Assembly (NCBI GenBank): GCA_041491545.1
Contig: JBGPVE010000001.1
Location: forward strand, 1-53,832
Length of the DNA stretch: 53,832 nucleotides
Source of the DNA: Gemmatimonadota bacterium
GTDB lineage: Bacteria; Gemmatimonadota; Gemmatimonadetes; Gemmatimonadales; GWC2-71-9
Direction: 5' to 3'
Positions 44,474-53,714 of this stretch are shown piece by piece. The position numbers and the translations under genes were made by a program. The notes beneath the pieces are model-generated. The model was not told the DNA's origin, did not search any database, and worked only from the letters and a program-made list of their open reading frames with translations. The stretch's first letter is position 1; each line of letters opens with the position of its first letter.

Positions 44474-46251
44474 GTGGAGTCCCCCGTGGCAATGGGAAGG
44501 TAAACCTCGAGACGGACGCCGGCTCCCGGCCGGCTCTGAAACTGCACCGTTCCGCCGAGCGCGCTGATGCGCTCGCGCATACCGGTGAGTCCCATGCGTC
44601 CGGTCTCAGAAAACTCGCGGGCGCCCGCGCCGACCGGGGCGCCGCGTCCATCGTCTCGCAACTCGAGGATGATCGCCCCGCGCTTCACCTCGATGCCGAC
44701 CTCGACGACGTGTGCCTCCGCGTGCCGGGCGACGTTGGACAGTCCTTCCTGCACGGTGCGGAACAGCGCGAGCTCGGCGTCCTCGGAGAGCGGCGGCAGC
44801 GCCGCGGGCGCCACGAACGCGGTGCCGATTCCGCTGCGCTCGGCAAAATCGGTCACCAACGACCGCAGTGCGGGCAGCAGACCAAGGTCGTCCAGCAGCG
44901 ACGGACGGAGATCGTTGGTGACGTTCCGGATGCCGCGGATTCCGGTGTCGATCAGATCGAGGGCCCGGTCGAGCCGGTCAGCGATAGGCGGCGGCGCCGT
45001 GTCGCGCAGGACGCCCAGCTCCATCTTGACCGCCGAAAAGACCTGCGCCGTCTCGTCGTGCAGCTCCCGGGACAGGCGGCGGCGCTCGTCTTCGTGTTGC
45101 TGGATCATCCGCGCCGACAGCCGCGCCAACTCTGTCGTGCGGGCCTGGAGCCGCTCGTAAAGGTCCGCGTTCTCGAGCGCGGCGCCCACCTGCTGGCCCA
45201 AGGCGACGAGAAAGCTCTCGTCGAGCGCGGCGAATGGATCGCGGGCATCGCCGACGATGACGAGCGCTCCCGTCACCGCCGCGCCTCGCAGAATCGGGAG
45301 CACCGCCGCATAGGCGTATGGCGCCTTTCGCTTAGGATGGGGGTCGGCCCACTCGCTGGTGAACTTGGGCCGGCCACTCGCGACCGCCTGTGCGAGGACT
45401 GCAGCGGCCGCGCCGGTCGGCTCTGCGCCGGTCCACGACGTGCACACGCCCGCGCCCCGGACGAATCGGCCACCGCCGTCGAGCGCATAGAGCGCGCTGC
45501 CAGTCACGGCTGGCAGCGTGAGGGGCCGCTCCAAGAGAGCATCGAGCACGTCGCGCTCGCGGCCGCCCTGCTGGAGATCACCCGAAAGCGCGGAGAGGGC
45601 GCCGAGCCCGCGGCGGAGATCGTCGAGCACGAGGAGCAAGATCCCCGCGCCGACCGCCAGCTCGAATAGAATGTCGAGGTAGTAACCCCACGGCGCCCAC
45701 GCGCCCCGGGCGCGCAAGAATGGATAATCGAGGTGATGCAGACCCCAGAGACAGAATGCGACGCCCAAGAGCGCAGCGCCGCTCGACGACACCCGTCGTC
45801 GATAGGAGAAAAACACCCAGCCGGTCCACAGCGTTGCGAGACTCAGGAACCCTACGGCCGGCCCCGCGGCCCAGCCGAACTCCGCGATGCGGTAGATCGC
45901 GACGTACGACCAGAGCGGGGGAAACAGCGCGATCGGAAGATACGCCCAACGCCAGCGGAGGCCGCGCGAGAAGACCAATGCCGCAGCGAGCAGGGCAAGC
46001 GCCGTCCAGCCGGTGATCACCTGGTGCCAGTAGAGCCAAGTCCAGTCCGCGGTCTCGATAAAGCTCAGGATTGCGCCGAGCCGCAGCAGATAGAGCGTCC
46101 AAGCGACACTCCACCAGGCGAAGTATGGCTTCCGATAACGCTGAAAAAGAAAGGCGCAAAGGAAAGCGAGCGCGGCTGTGATCGCGGCCTGGAGGAGAGC
46201 GGCCGCCAGTTCGGTATTCCCGGCGACTGGGGGCAAGGGCGCGCCATTCAT
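44470..46251 (-). CDS. Sensor histidine kinase (multi-TM N-terminus, GAF-like, HisKA_3, HATPase)
   Basis: About six N-terminal hydrophobic helices. H-box is RRLSRELHDETAQ. The ATPase region contains NVARHA, DDGRG and GLTGMRER. Confidence 0.85.
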   Translation of the reverse strand: MNGAPLPPVAGNTELAAALLQAAITAALAFLCAFLFQRYRKPYFAWWSVAWTLYLLRLGAILSFIETADWTWLYWHQVITGWTALALLAAALVFSRGLRWRWAYLPIALFPPLWSYVAIYRIAEFGWAAGPAVGFLSLATLWTGWVFFSYRRRVSSSGAALLGVAFCLWGLHHLDYPFLRARGAWAPWGYYLDILFELAVGAGILLLVLDDLRRGLGALSALSGDLQQGGRERDVLDALLERPLTLPAVTGSALYALDGGGRFVRGAGVCTSWTGAEPTGAAAAVLAQAVASGRPKFTSEWADPHPKRKAPYAYAAVLPILRGAAVTGALVIVGDARDPFAALDESFLVALGQQVGAALENADLYERLQARTTELARLSARMIQQHEDERRRLSRELHDETAQVFSAVKMELGVLRDTAPPPIADRLDRALDLIDTGIRGIRNVTNDLRPSLLDDLGLLPALRSLVTDFAERSGIGTAFVAPAALPPLSEDAELALFRTVQEGLSNVARHAEAHVVEVGIEVKRGAIILELRDDGRGAPVGAGAREFSETGRMGLTGMRERISALGGTVQFQSRPGAGVRLEVYLPIATGDST

Positions 46252-46416
46252 GGGTCAAAACAACGGCACTCGCCGAGGCGGCGCAATGGAAGCGCATCTG
46301 AGCGACGATTCGCAGTGGCGCCGCCACGTAGTAATCAGTGATACTACCTGATGGCGGGCATGCGTGTAAGTTGCCATAGCCGCGTTATTTCCGTCCGTTG
46401 AACGTAAGTCGGGACA

Positions 46417-47895
46417 TTGGTACGGACAGTGCACGTTGACGCCCGACTGCCACTTTCAGGACGACCGGTGGATCCTCGGGCTGCGTTTGCCAAACGATTC
46501 GGTGACCTCGTTGCGCTGCTTCGGGCCGATCCCGGAAACGACGCCGCGCAGGAGCTGGCGCTCACCGCGGCCGCACGCGCCGTCGCGTTCGAGCCGGTCA
46601 TCGTCGACGCGACGGGGGACCCCGGCGGCGCGGGTGGGGAGTTCAGTCTCGGCGGCCGCATGCGGGCTCGGGACATCGAGCGACTGAGGGTGGCGGCCGG
46701 TGCGGATCTGCTCGAGCTCCTGATGCTGGCGCGCGCGCTCTCCCACGATGTCACTCCGATCCCGCGCACCGTCACGGTGCAGATCGACTGGCGGGTCGCG
46801 CGGGCGGCCGCTCCAAAGACCCGAAGCCAGCCCGATCGACGGCATCGAACCGACCGTCGCCGGCGTCGCGCCCATCGACCCGGCGCTCCCGAGCGGCGAA
46901 CGGGAGATGATCGCCGAACCTCGGGCGAGCGCCGCCGCCCGCTCGCCCAACAGCAGGAGGCCGGCGCGGCCCTGCTGCTCGCCCGGCTCGGCCAGACCGC
47001 GCAGGCTCGCGCGTGGCGCGAGACCCTACACTACGCGCACACGCTGCTCGAGTTGATCCCGCGACTGCCGCGGGTGGAGCGCGAAGCGGCCGGCGTGGGG
47101 ATGCGGCGGCACCTCCCGCGCGCCGCGCTCGCCGGCATCGTGCAGGTGGCCCTGGGTGACAGAGGCGAGGAGGGGCGTGCCGTCGACGTGCTCCGCTGGG
47201 CCGGTAAGGAAGGCGCCGAGGTGATGCTCGATGCCTTGGCCGCCATCGAGGGCGCGGCGTCGCGTCACTTCCTGTACGATGCCCTCGAAACGATGGCGAA
47301 CGCGTTTCCCGCTGCTGTGGCCTTCCTCGGCAGTTCCGCGCCACGCCAAATCCGGCGGGCGGCGGAAATTCTCGGCCGGCTGGGCCGTCCCGAAGCGATC
47401 GGACCACTTCAGCGTCACCTGCAGCACCCCGACGAGCAGGTGCGCGGCGCCGTCGTTCGGGCGCTGGCCGAGCTTCCCATTGCGGAGACGGGCGAGGCGC
47501 TGCTGGAAGCGTTGCTGCACCCGTCGGCCCCGACGCGGATCGCCACCGCTGAAGCGATCGGACGGAGGGGCAAGGAGGGCGTGGCGATGTGGCTGGTTGC
47601 AGCTCTGGAGAAGGAGCGCGAACCGTCGGCATGGCGTGCCATGGTGATGGCGCTGGCGACGCTCGGCTCGCCGGAGGCCTGCACCGCGCTGGTGGCGATC
47701 GCCCTCAACCGTCGGACCTTACTCCGCCCCAAAGGCCATCCGGCCGGTCATCGGCTCGAAGCCGTGAGCGCGCTCGCCCGAGTGACCACGCCAGCAGGAA
47801 TGTCCGCGCTCGACACGATCGCCCGCCAGGGCGATGCACGAGCCCGCGGCGCGGCCCTGGAAGCGCTGGCCGCCAAGGTGCAAGTCGTCGGCTAG
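46417..47895 (+). CDS. HEAT-repeat protein with central Arg-rich linker
   Basis: The C-terminal half has repeated HEAT/PBS-lyase-like units (RRAAEILGRLGRPEAIGPLQRHLQHPDEQVRGAVVRALAEL and similar). The middle segment is DRRHRTDRRRRRAH...DDRRTSGERRR. The TTG start is uncertain. Confidence 0.6.
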   Translation: MVRTVHVDARLPLSGRPVDPRAAFAKRFGDLVALLRADPGNDAAQELALTAAARAVAFEPVIVDATGDPGGAGGEFSLGGRMRARDIERLRVAAGADLLELLMLARALSHDVTPIPRTVTVQIDWRVARAAAPKTRSQPDRRHRTDRRRRRAHRPGAPERRTGDDRRTSGERRRPLAQQQEAGAALLLARLGQTAQARAWRETLHYAHTLLELIPRLPRVEREAAGVGMRRHLPRAALAGIVQVALGDRGEEGRAVDVLRWAGKEGAEVMLDALAAIEGAASRHFLYDALETMANAFPAAVAFLGSSAPRQIRRAAEILGRLGRPEAIGPLQRHLQHPDEQVRGAVVRALAELPIAETGEALLEALLHPSAPTRIATAEAIGRRGKEGVAMWLVAALEKEREPSAWRAMVMALATLGSPEACTALVAIALNRRTLLRPKGHPAGHRLEAVSALARVTTPAGMSALDTIARQGDARARGAALEALAAKVQVVG

Positions 47896-47898
47896 GTC

Positions 47899-48564
47899 CT
47901 ACATCTGGTGGACGGCAAAGTCGGCGATGTGCACGTCGAGGTTGTGATTCACTCTGAGGCCCACGATACCCTTTCCGTCGATGGCCTTCGAATCTGCCTT
48001 GTAGACCTGCTTGCCGTTCACCCAAAAACTGGTCCCGTCCTTGTTGACCGCCACTTCGAGGCGGTTGGTCGCCTTGCCGGCGGCGTCAGCCTTTTGGATC
48101 GCGGGGTCCGCAGTCCAGTCCGTGACCAGGCTGGACACGGAGTCGCCCTCGCGCCGCTTGACGATGTACTTGCCGTCGCCTCGGACCAGGAAATACGTGT
48201 ACCCCTGTCCGGCACCGTCGAGGCTCTTCCCGCCGACAAAAATCCCATAGCCTTCGGGATGGTGCGGCGCCTTGGTCTGGGTAAAGCTGGCGACGGCCCT
48301 GAAGCGTCCTTCGGCCCGGTCGGCGGCGCGGTAAAGAATCGTCGCCGGCCCGAGGGTAACGTGGTAGCCCGGCGCCATCGTCACCAACTTGACGCCCGCT
48401 TCCTTGCCTTTCTCGTCGGTCCGGGCCGTCCAACCGGGGGGAAGGGGAGTGGCATCGGACACGGTGTTGTCCGGATCGGTGTTCTTGGGCGGCTTGGTGT
48501 GAGCCTGACCGGCCAACGGAGCCGCGAGCACGAGCAATGCGGTAAGGGAAGCGAGCGTACGCAT
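47899..48564 (-). CDS. Secreted beta-sandwich protein (DUF1080/LamG-like)
   Basis: The start is trimmed to ATG 48564 with a signal peptide (LLVLAAPLAGQA). Motifs are GYGIFVGG, YTYFLVRGDGKY and GIVGLRVNHNLDVHIADF. The family call is tentative. Confidence 0.55.
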   Translation of the reverse strand: MRTLASLTALLVLAAPLAGQAHTKPPKNTDPDNTVSDATPLPPGWTARTDEKGKEAGVKLVTMAPGYHVTLGPATILYRAADRAEGRFRAVASFTQTKAPHHPEGYGIFVGGKSLDGAGQGYTYFLVRGDGKYIVKRREGDSVSSLVTDWTADPAIQKADAAGKATNRLEVAVNKDGTSFWVNGKQVYKADSKAIDGKGIVGLRVNHNLDVHIADFAVHQM

Positions 48565-48673
48565 GACGGCGTCCTCTGTGGATGAGGTGGAGCGTGGCAC
48601 GGTTGCGGGGCCCCGATCGGCAGGCTAATCTAACGGACCGCGGGCTCTCGCGGCCTTCACCAGGAGTGACACT

Positions 48674-48832
48674 GTGCATTGGTTCGGCGTCCTCTTCGCA
48701 ACCATCGGGGCCGCGGCAATCTTGGGCGCCCTCGCCTTTGTATCACTGCTGATCGGCGTGGTGGTCAACGCCATGATCGTGCTGATGGCCGGTCCGATCA
48801 TCGACCACTGGGTGGCCAAACGGAGTCGCTGA
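48674..48832 (+). CDS. Unlisted small hydrophobic protein (52 aa)
   Basis: It is below the ORF-track size cutoff. AGGAG lies 7 nt before the GTG at 48674. The translation VHWFGVLFATIGAAAILGALAFVSLLIGVVVNAMIVLMAGPIIDHWVAKRSR gives two TM-like segments and a basic C-terminus. Confidence 0.4.
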   Translation: MHWFGVLFATIGAAAILGALAFVSLLIGVVVNAMIVLMAGPIIDHWVAKRSR

Positions 48833-48836
48833 ACGG

Positions 48837-49202
48837 TCAGTCGGCCGGTTCCGCGTCGGCTCCGGCCTCCGGGGTCGTCGCCTGGCGGACCGCTTTCTCG
48901 TAATTGATCTTCAGGCTGCCCAGCAACTCCCGCAAGCCCCGGACTCTTACCTGTATACCGCCCCCGCGGCGGGCCATGGTCGACATGAGTCCGGCGGTGT
49001 CCGCCAGGTTGCTCAAGCTCAGGGCCGCGGCGCTCGCCTTGAGCTCGTCCAGTTGCCGGCCAAACCCCCGGACCACCGCCTCGTCCGCCAGCAAGGCGGC
49101 CATCTGCTCGATAATCGTGTGCATCCGCTGAAACTTGGGCGGAAGCAGCTGCAAGTACGCGAGTTGGGCTTGCTGCCTGGTGGATAGCTTCGGAGCGGCC
49201 AT
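48837..49202 (-). CDS. Hypothetical helical protein (121 aa)
   Basis: ATG start. Coding-like bias. It is divergent from the RND gene. No recognisable motif. Confidence 0.45.
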   Translation of the reverse strand: MAAPKLSTRQQAQLAYLQLLPPKFQRMHTIIEQMAALLADEAVVRGFGRQLDELKASAAALSLSNLADTAGLMSTMARRGGGIQVRVRGLRELLGSLKINYEKAVRQATTPEAGADAEPAD

Positions 49203-49308
49203 GCGGTGCTCGAGACGGAGGGACCTGCAATCTACACTCCCCGCGCGAAGGCCTGAATCTCTCTAGGGGCCGAGCCGTAGTATGCCGGGGCTCTGACGAG
49301 TATTTCAA

Positions 49309-52300
49309 ATGAAGATTTCGGACCTGTCGATCCGCCGGCCGGTGCTCGCCAGTATGGTGAGCGGGGCACTCGTGCTGTTCGGTGTCATCGGCTATTCCCG
49401 TCTCGCCGTCCGCGAGTATCCCGACGTCGATCCACCGATTGTGTCCGTGGAGACCGAGCTGCCGGGTGCCAATCCGCAGGTCGTGGAATCCGCCGTCACC
49501 GATATCCTCGAGGAGGAGCTCAGCACGATCGAAGGGCTCCGAACTCTCACCAGCTCGAGCCAGGAGCAATTCAGCAAGATCACCCTCGAGTTCAACCTCG
49601 GTCGCGACGTTGAAGCTGCCGCGCAGGATGTGCGCGACAAGGTGGCCCGAGTGCGGGGGCGCCTGCCGGAGGACGTGCGGGAGCCGGTCGTCGCCAAGCA
49701 GCAGGCGGACGCCAACCCGTTCTTCTGGTTGGCCCTCTCGGGCGCGAACTACGACCTCTTGCAGCTCACCGACATCGGCGACCGACTGGTGAAGACCCGG
49801 CTGCAGACGCTGCCGGGCGTGGGCCAGGCGCGGATCTATGGCGAGCGTCGCTTCTCGATGCGGGTTTGGCTCTCTGCCAGAGAGCTGACGGCCCGCGGGC
49901 TCACGGTCCAGGACGTCGAGGCGGCCATCCGCAGCCGCAACGTGGAGATACCGGCGGGTCGGATTGAGTCCGACCGCCGCGAGTTCACCGTTCGCTCCCT
50001 CGGTGAGCTCAAGTCCCCCGGCGAGTTCGCCGAGCTCGCCGTGTCGAACACCGGCGGCCAGCTGGTGAAGCTCAAGGACCTCGGCCGCGTCGAGCTCGCG
50101 GCCGAGGACGATCGCAGCGCGCTCCGGTTCAACAGCACGCCGGCGGTGGCGATCGGTGTGATCCGCCAATCCAAGGCGAATCTGATCGACGTGTCCGACG
50201 AGATTCGGAAGGAGTTGCCCGCGGTTCAGCGGTCGCTGCCGCCCGGTGTCAAGATCGACGTCGCCTTCGACGACGCCGTGTTCGTGAAACGCTCCATCCG
50301 CGAGGCGGAGGAGACGCTGCTTCTCGCCGGTCTTCTGGTCGTGATCATCATTTTCGTTTTCCTCAGAAACCTGAGGGCCACGATCATCCCCGGCCTCGCC
50401 ATCCCCACGTCCATCATCGCGACCTTCGCGATCATGTACTTCCTCGGCTTCTCGATCAACAACCTGACGCTGCTCGCGCTCACTCTGGCCATCGGCATTG
50501 TGGTCGACGATGCGATCATCGTGCTCGAGAACGCCTACCGGCATCAAGAAGAGTTGGGCGAGGACCCGCAAACCGCCGCGATCAACGGTACCCGCGAGAT
50601 CGCATTTGCCGTCGTCGCCACGACCGTCTCGCTCATCGCCGTGTTCACGCCGCTCGCCTTCCTCCAGGGTTCGACCGGGCGACTCTTCAACGAGTTCGGC
50701 ATCGCGGTGGCGGGCTCGGTCCTGATCTCGGGCATCGTGGCGTTGACGCTCACGCCCATGCTCTCCGCCAAGATCCTGCGGCTCGAGCGGAAGCACGGGC
50801 GAGTGTACCAAGGGCTCGAGCGCGGGTTCGAAGGACTCTCGACCGGCTACGCTTGGCTGCTCGACCGCGCGCTCCGGGCTCGCTGGGCCGTCGTGCTCGG
50901 TGCGGTCGCGATGGTGGGGCTGGCGGGAATTCTGTTCAAGTCCCTCAAGCGAGAGTTTGTGCCCTCGGAGGACCGCGGCTGGTTCCTCTCGATCATCATC
51001 GCGCCCGAGGGCTCGTCGCTGGGGTACACCGACGGCTATCAACTCCAGGCGGAAGCGATTCTCAAGCGCACTAAAGGCATCGAGAGCTACTTCAGCGTCG
51101 TCAACATCGGGGACGGTGTGAGCCGCGGGCTCATCTTCACCAACCTCGACGACTGGTCCAGGCGCACCCGCACGGTCGACGAGATCATCGGGGAGGTTCA
51201 GGCCCAGTACTTTGGCATCCCGGGCGTACTGGCATTCGCCAACAATCCGCAAGCATTCGGTGGATTCGAGAGCCCGATACAGTTCGTGGTGCAGCATCCC
51301 GACTTCACCCAGCTCGCGGCGGGCGCGGATGCGCTGGTGAAGCGGGCGCAGCAGATCAAGGGCCTGGTCAACATCGATACCGATCTCCGGGTGAACAAGC
51401 CGGAGCTGACCGTGAGCTTCGACCGCGATCGGGCCGAGGATCTCGGCGTGCCCATCCGGGACGTCGCGGCCACGCTGCAGACCCTGCTTGGCGGCAGCCG
51501 GGTCAGCACCTTCACCCGCAACAACAAGTTGTACAACGTCGTGGTGCAGCTCGATGCCCACGAGCGAGCGACACCGAGCGACATGACCGGACTCTACGTC
51601 CGGGGTCGGGGCGGCGAGCTGGTGAAGCTGGATGCCGTCGCCAACGTGAAGGAGGGGGTCGGCCCGCGCGCGCTCAATCATTTCAACCGCGCGCGGAGCT
51701 TCACCTTGTCGGCCAACCTCGCGCCGGGCTTCATCCTCGGTGAAGCGCTCGATTCGCTCCGGCGCGTGGCCAACGAGGTCCTCCCCAAAGGGAGCAGCAC
51801 CGCGCTCGCGGGCGAGTCGCGCGAGTTGGAGGAGAGTGGCTCGTCGCTCTATTTCGCGTTCGTGCTGGCGCTGGTCGTCGTCTTCATGGTATTGGCTTCG
51901 CAGTTCGAGTCGTTGGTCCATCCCTTCACGGTACTCCTGGCGGTGCCGCTCGCGGTCACCGGCGCGCTCGTGACGTTGTTCCTCGCCAAGTCCACGATCA
52001 ACCTCTTCAGTCAGATCGGCATGATCCTCCTGATCGGCTTGGTGACCAAGAACTCGATTCTCCTGGTGGAATACACCAACCAGCTCAAGGAGCGCGGACT
52101 CGAGACGCTGGCCGCCGTGCGGGAGGCCGGGCGGATTCGGCTCCGCCCGATTCTCATGACGTCGGTGGCGACCATCATGGGCGCGTTGCCGATCGCGCTC
52201 GGACTGGGGGCTGGATCGTCGAGTCGGCGGCCGTTGGGATACGCGATCGGTGGCGGCGTCTTGGTCTCGACGATGCTCACGCTCTTCCTCGTGCCGGTCG

Positions 52301-52401
52301 TGTACGTGCTGTTCGATGGCCTCCGCGAGCGGCTCCGGGGTCGCCGCCCGGCGTTGTTGCCGCCCGGCGCCCCTCGGGCCGCCGCGGCGGAGGCGGAGTG
52401 A
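49309..52401 (+). CDS. RND efflux transporter permease (AcrB/HAE family)
   Basis: Typical N-terminus (ISDLSIRRPVLASMVSGALVLFG). 12-TM / two-large-loop architecture. Motifs are AIGIVVDDAIIVLEN and GLVTKNSILLVEY. Confidence 0.95.
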   Translation: MKISDLSIRRPVLASMVSGALVLFGVIGYSRLAVREYPDVDPPIVSVETELPGANPQVVESAVTDILEEELSTIEGLRTLTSSSQEQFSKITLEFNLGRDVEAAAQDVRDKVARVRGRLPEDVREPVVAKQQADANPFFWLALSGANYDLLQLTDIGDRLVKTRLQTLPGVGQARIYGERRFSMRVWLSARELTARGLTVQDVEAAIRSRNVEIPAGRIESDRREFTVRSLGELKSPGEFAELAVSNTGGQLVKLKDLGRVELAAEDDRSALRFNSTPAVAIGVIRQSKANLIDVSDEIRKELPAVQRSLPPGVKIDVAFDDAVFVKRSIREAEETLLLAGLLVVIIIFVFLRNLRATIIPGLAIPTSIIATFAIMYFLGFSINNLTLLALTLAIGIVVDDAIIVLENAYRHQEELGEDPQTAAINGTREIAFAVVATTVSLIAVFTPLAFLQGSTGRLFNEFGIAVAGSVLISGIVALTLTPMLSAKILRLERKHGRVYQGLERGFEGLSTGYAWLLDRALRARWAVVLGAVAMVGLAGILFKSLKREFVPSEDRGWFLSIIIAPEGSSLGYTDGYQLQAEAILKRTKGIESYFSVVNIGDGVSRGLIFTNLDDWSRRTRTVDEIIGEVQAQYFGIPGVLAFANNPQAFGGFESPIQFVVQHPDFTQLAAGADALVKRAQQIKGLVNIDTDLRVNKPELTVSFDRDRAEDLGVPIRDVAATLQTLLGGSRVSTFTRNNKLYNVVVQLDAHERATPSDMTGLYVRGRGGELVKLDAVANVKEGVGPRALNHFNRARSFTLSANLAPGFILGEALDSLRRVANEVLPKGSSTALAGESRELEESGSSLYFAFVLALVVVFMVLASQFESLVHPFTVLLAVPLAVTGALVTLFLAKSTINLFSQIGMILLIGLVTKNSILLVEYTNQLKERGLETLAAVREAGRIRLRPILMTSVATIMGALPIALGLGAGSSSRRPLGYAIGGGVLVSTMLTLFLVPVVYVLFDGLRERLRGRRPALLPPGAPRAAAAEAE

Positions 52402-53714
52402 GGCGGGGGCTCGTGGTCGCGTTGCTCGGATGGTGCGCGCTCGCCGGCTCGGCGGCGGGTCAGGATTCGACCCAATGGGATTCGATTCCCCTGGTGACGC
52501 TCTCGGAGGCGCTCGCCAAGGCGACGCGGCTCGATGCCAATTACGTCCGCGCGCTCGGGCAGATCGACAACGCCGAATGGGGCCGGCGCGCGGCGCGGTT
52601 GGCCTTCGTCATCCCGTCGCTCACCGCCGAGCTCGATGCCACCAAATACTCCGCCGACTTCTTCAACATCGGCACCGGCGCCGCCGCCTCCACGTCGGTC
52701 AATGCGCGGCTCACGGCCAACTACGAGTTGTTCAGCCTGCGGAAGTTTACCGATCTGACTTCCAGCGGTGCGGCGTTGGAAGGCGCCCAGGCGACGGAGC
52801 TCCAGCAGCGCTTCCGCACCGCGTTTCTGGTCGAGTCGGACTATTACGGAGTGCTCGCCAATCAGGCGCTGCTTCGCGTAGCCAACGAACGCCTGCGGCG
52901 GGCGACCGAGCAGCTATCGGTCGGCCGCGCGCGGGTGGTCTCGGGCGCGGCGGTGCAGACCGACTCGCTCGTGCTCGTGCTCGAGTCGACCCGGGCCCGG
53001 ATCGACCTCAGCCGCCAGGAGACGGTGCTGCGGGTGGCCCAGTTGCAGCTCGGTCGGCGGATTGGTCTGAGCGGCCCAGTGGGGGCCGCGCCGCCCGACA
53101 GCCTGCCGCCCCCCAAGCTGCCGGTAACCTTGCCAGAGGCGGTGCGTGATGCCTTGGCGCAAGGGCCGCAGTATCGGATCGCGCGGGCCAATGAGCGCCA
53201 GGCGGCCGCGACGCTCAAAGGGCGCCGCGGCGACTACCTGCCGACGCTCACGCTCACGGGCGGGAACACGACGTTCGACACCCGGTTTTTCCCGACCGCG
53301 CGCAACATCTCGTCGATCACGCTTACCGCCAGCCTGCCCATCTGGAATCTCGGCGCACGGGAGATGGCGATCACGCAGGCGCGGGTCGACCGGGATGTCT
53401 CCCGCGCGATCCGAGAGGATCTGGAGCGCGGAGCGCTCCGCGACGTTACCGAAGCGTACGACGCCTATCTCACGGCGCGGCGCAACGTCGATCTTTCGCA
53501 CGAGGCGTTGGATGCAGCCACCGAGAATTTCCGGGTCCAGGATGCACGCTATCGCTCCGGAGCGACCACGATTCTCGAGCTGCTGGACGCGCAGATCAGC
53601 CTCACCCAGGCGCAGGCCGACTTGGTTCAGGCGAACTACGCGACGCGGCTCGCGCTCGCGGGACTCGAAGCGATACTGGGCCGACGCCTCTTCTCGAACA
53701 AGGACGTCTTGTGA
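52398..53714 (+). CDS. TolC-family outer membrane efflux protein
   Basis: GTGA overlap with the RND stop. Signal peptide. Duplicated OEP repeats (YLPTLTLTGGN, ARYRSGATTILELLDAQ). Confidence 0.9.
   Translation: MRRGLVVALLGWCALAGSAAGQDSTQWDSIPLVTLSEALAKATRLDANYVRALGQIDNAEWGRRAARLAFVIPSLTAELDATKYSADFFNIGTGAAASTSVNARLTANYELFSLRKFTDLTSSGAALEGAQATELQQRFRTAFLVESDYYGVLANQALLRVANERLRRATEQLSVGRARVVSGAAVQTDSLVLVLESTRARIDLSRQETVLRVAQLQLGRRIGLSGPVGAAPPDSLPPPKLPVTLPEAVRDALAQGPQYRIARANERQAAATLKGRRGDYLPTLTLTGGNTTFDTRFFPTARNISSITLTASLPIWNLGAREMAITQARVDRDVSRAIREDLERGALRDVTEAYDAYLTARRNVDLSHEALDAATENFRVQDARYRSGATTILELLDAQISLTQAQADLVQANYATRLALAGLEAILGRRLFSNKDVL

Noticed and set aside
48595-48606. TGGCAC followed by TTGC (TGGCACGGTTGC), which resembles a sigma54 promoter
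   Set aside because: The spacing between the GG and GC dinucleotides is 3 nt too short for a functional -24/-12 element.
48625-51921. 1098-aa minus-strand ORF, the longest in the track
   Set aside because: It is antisense to the clearly homologous RND permease gene (49309-52401). Its translation is dominated by Arg, Gly, Asp, Pro, Glu and His runs with no recognisable domain. This is typical of a stop-poor antisense frame in GC-rich DNA.
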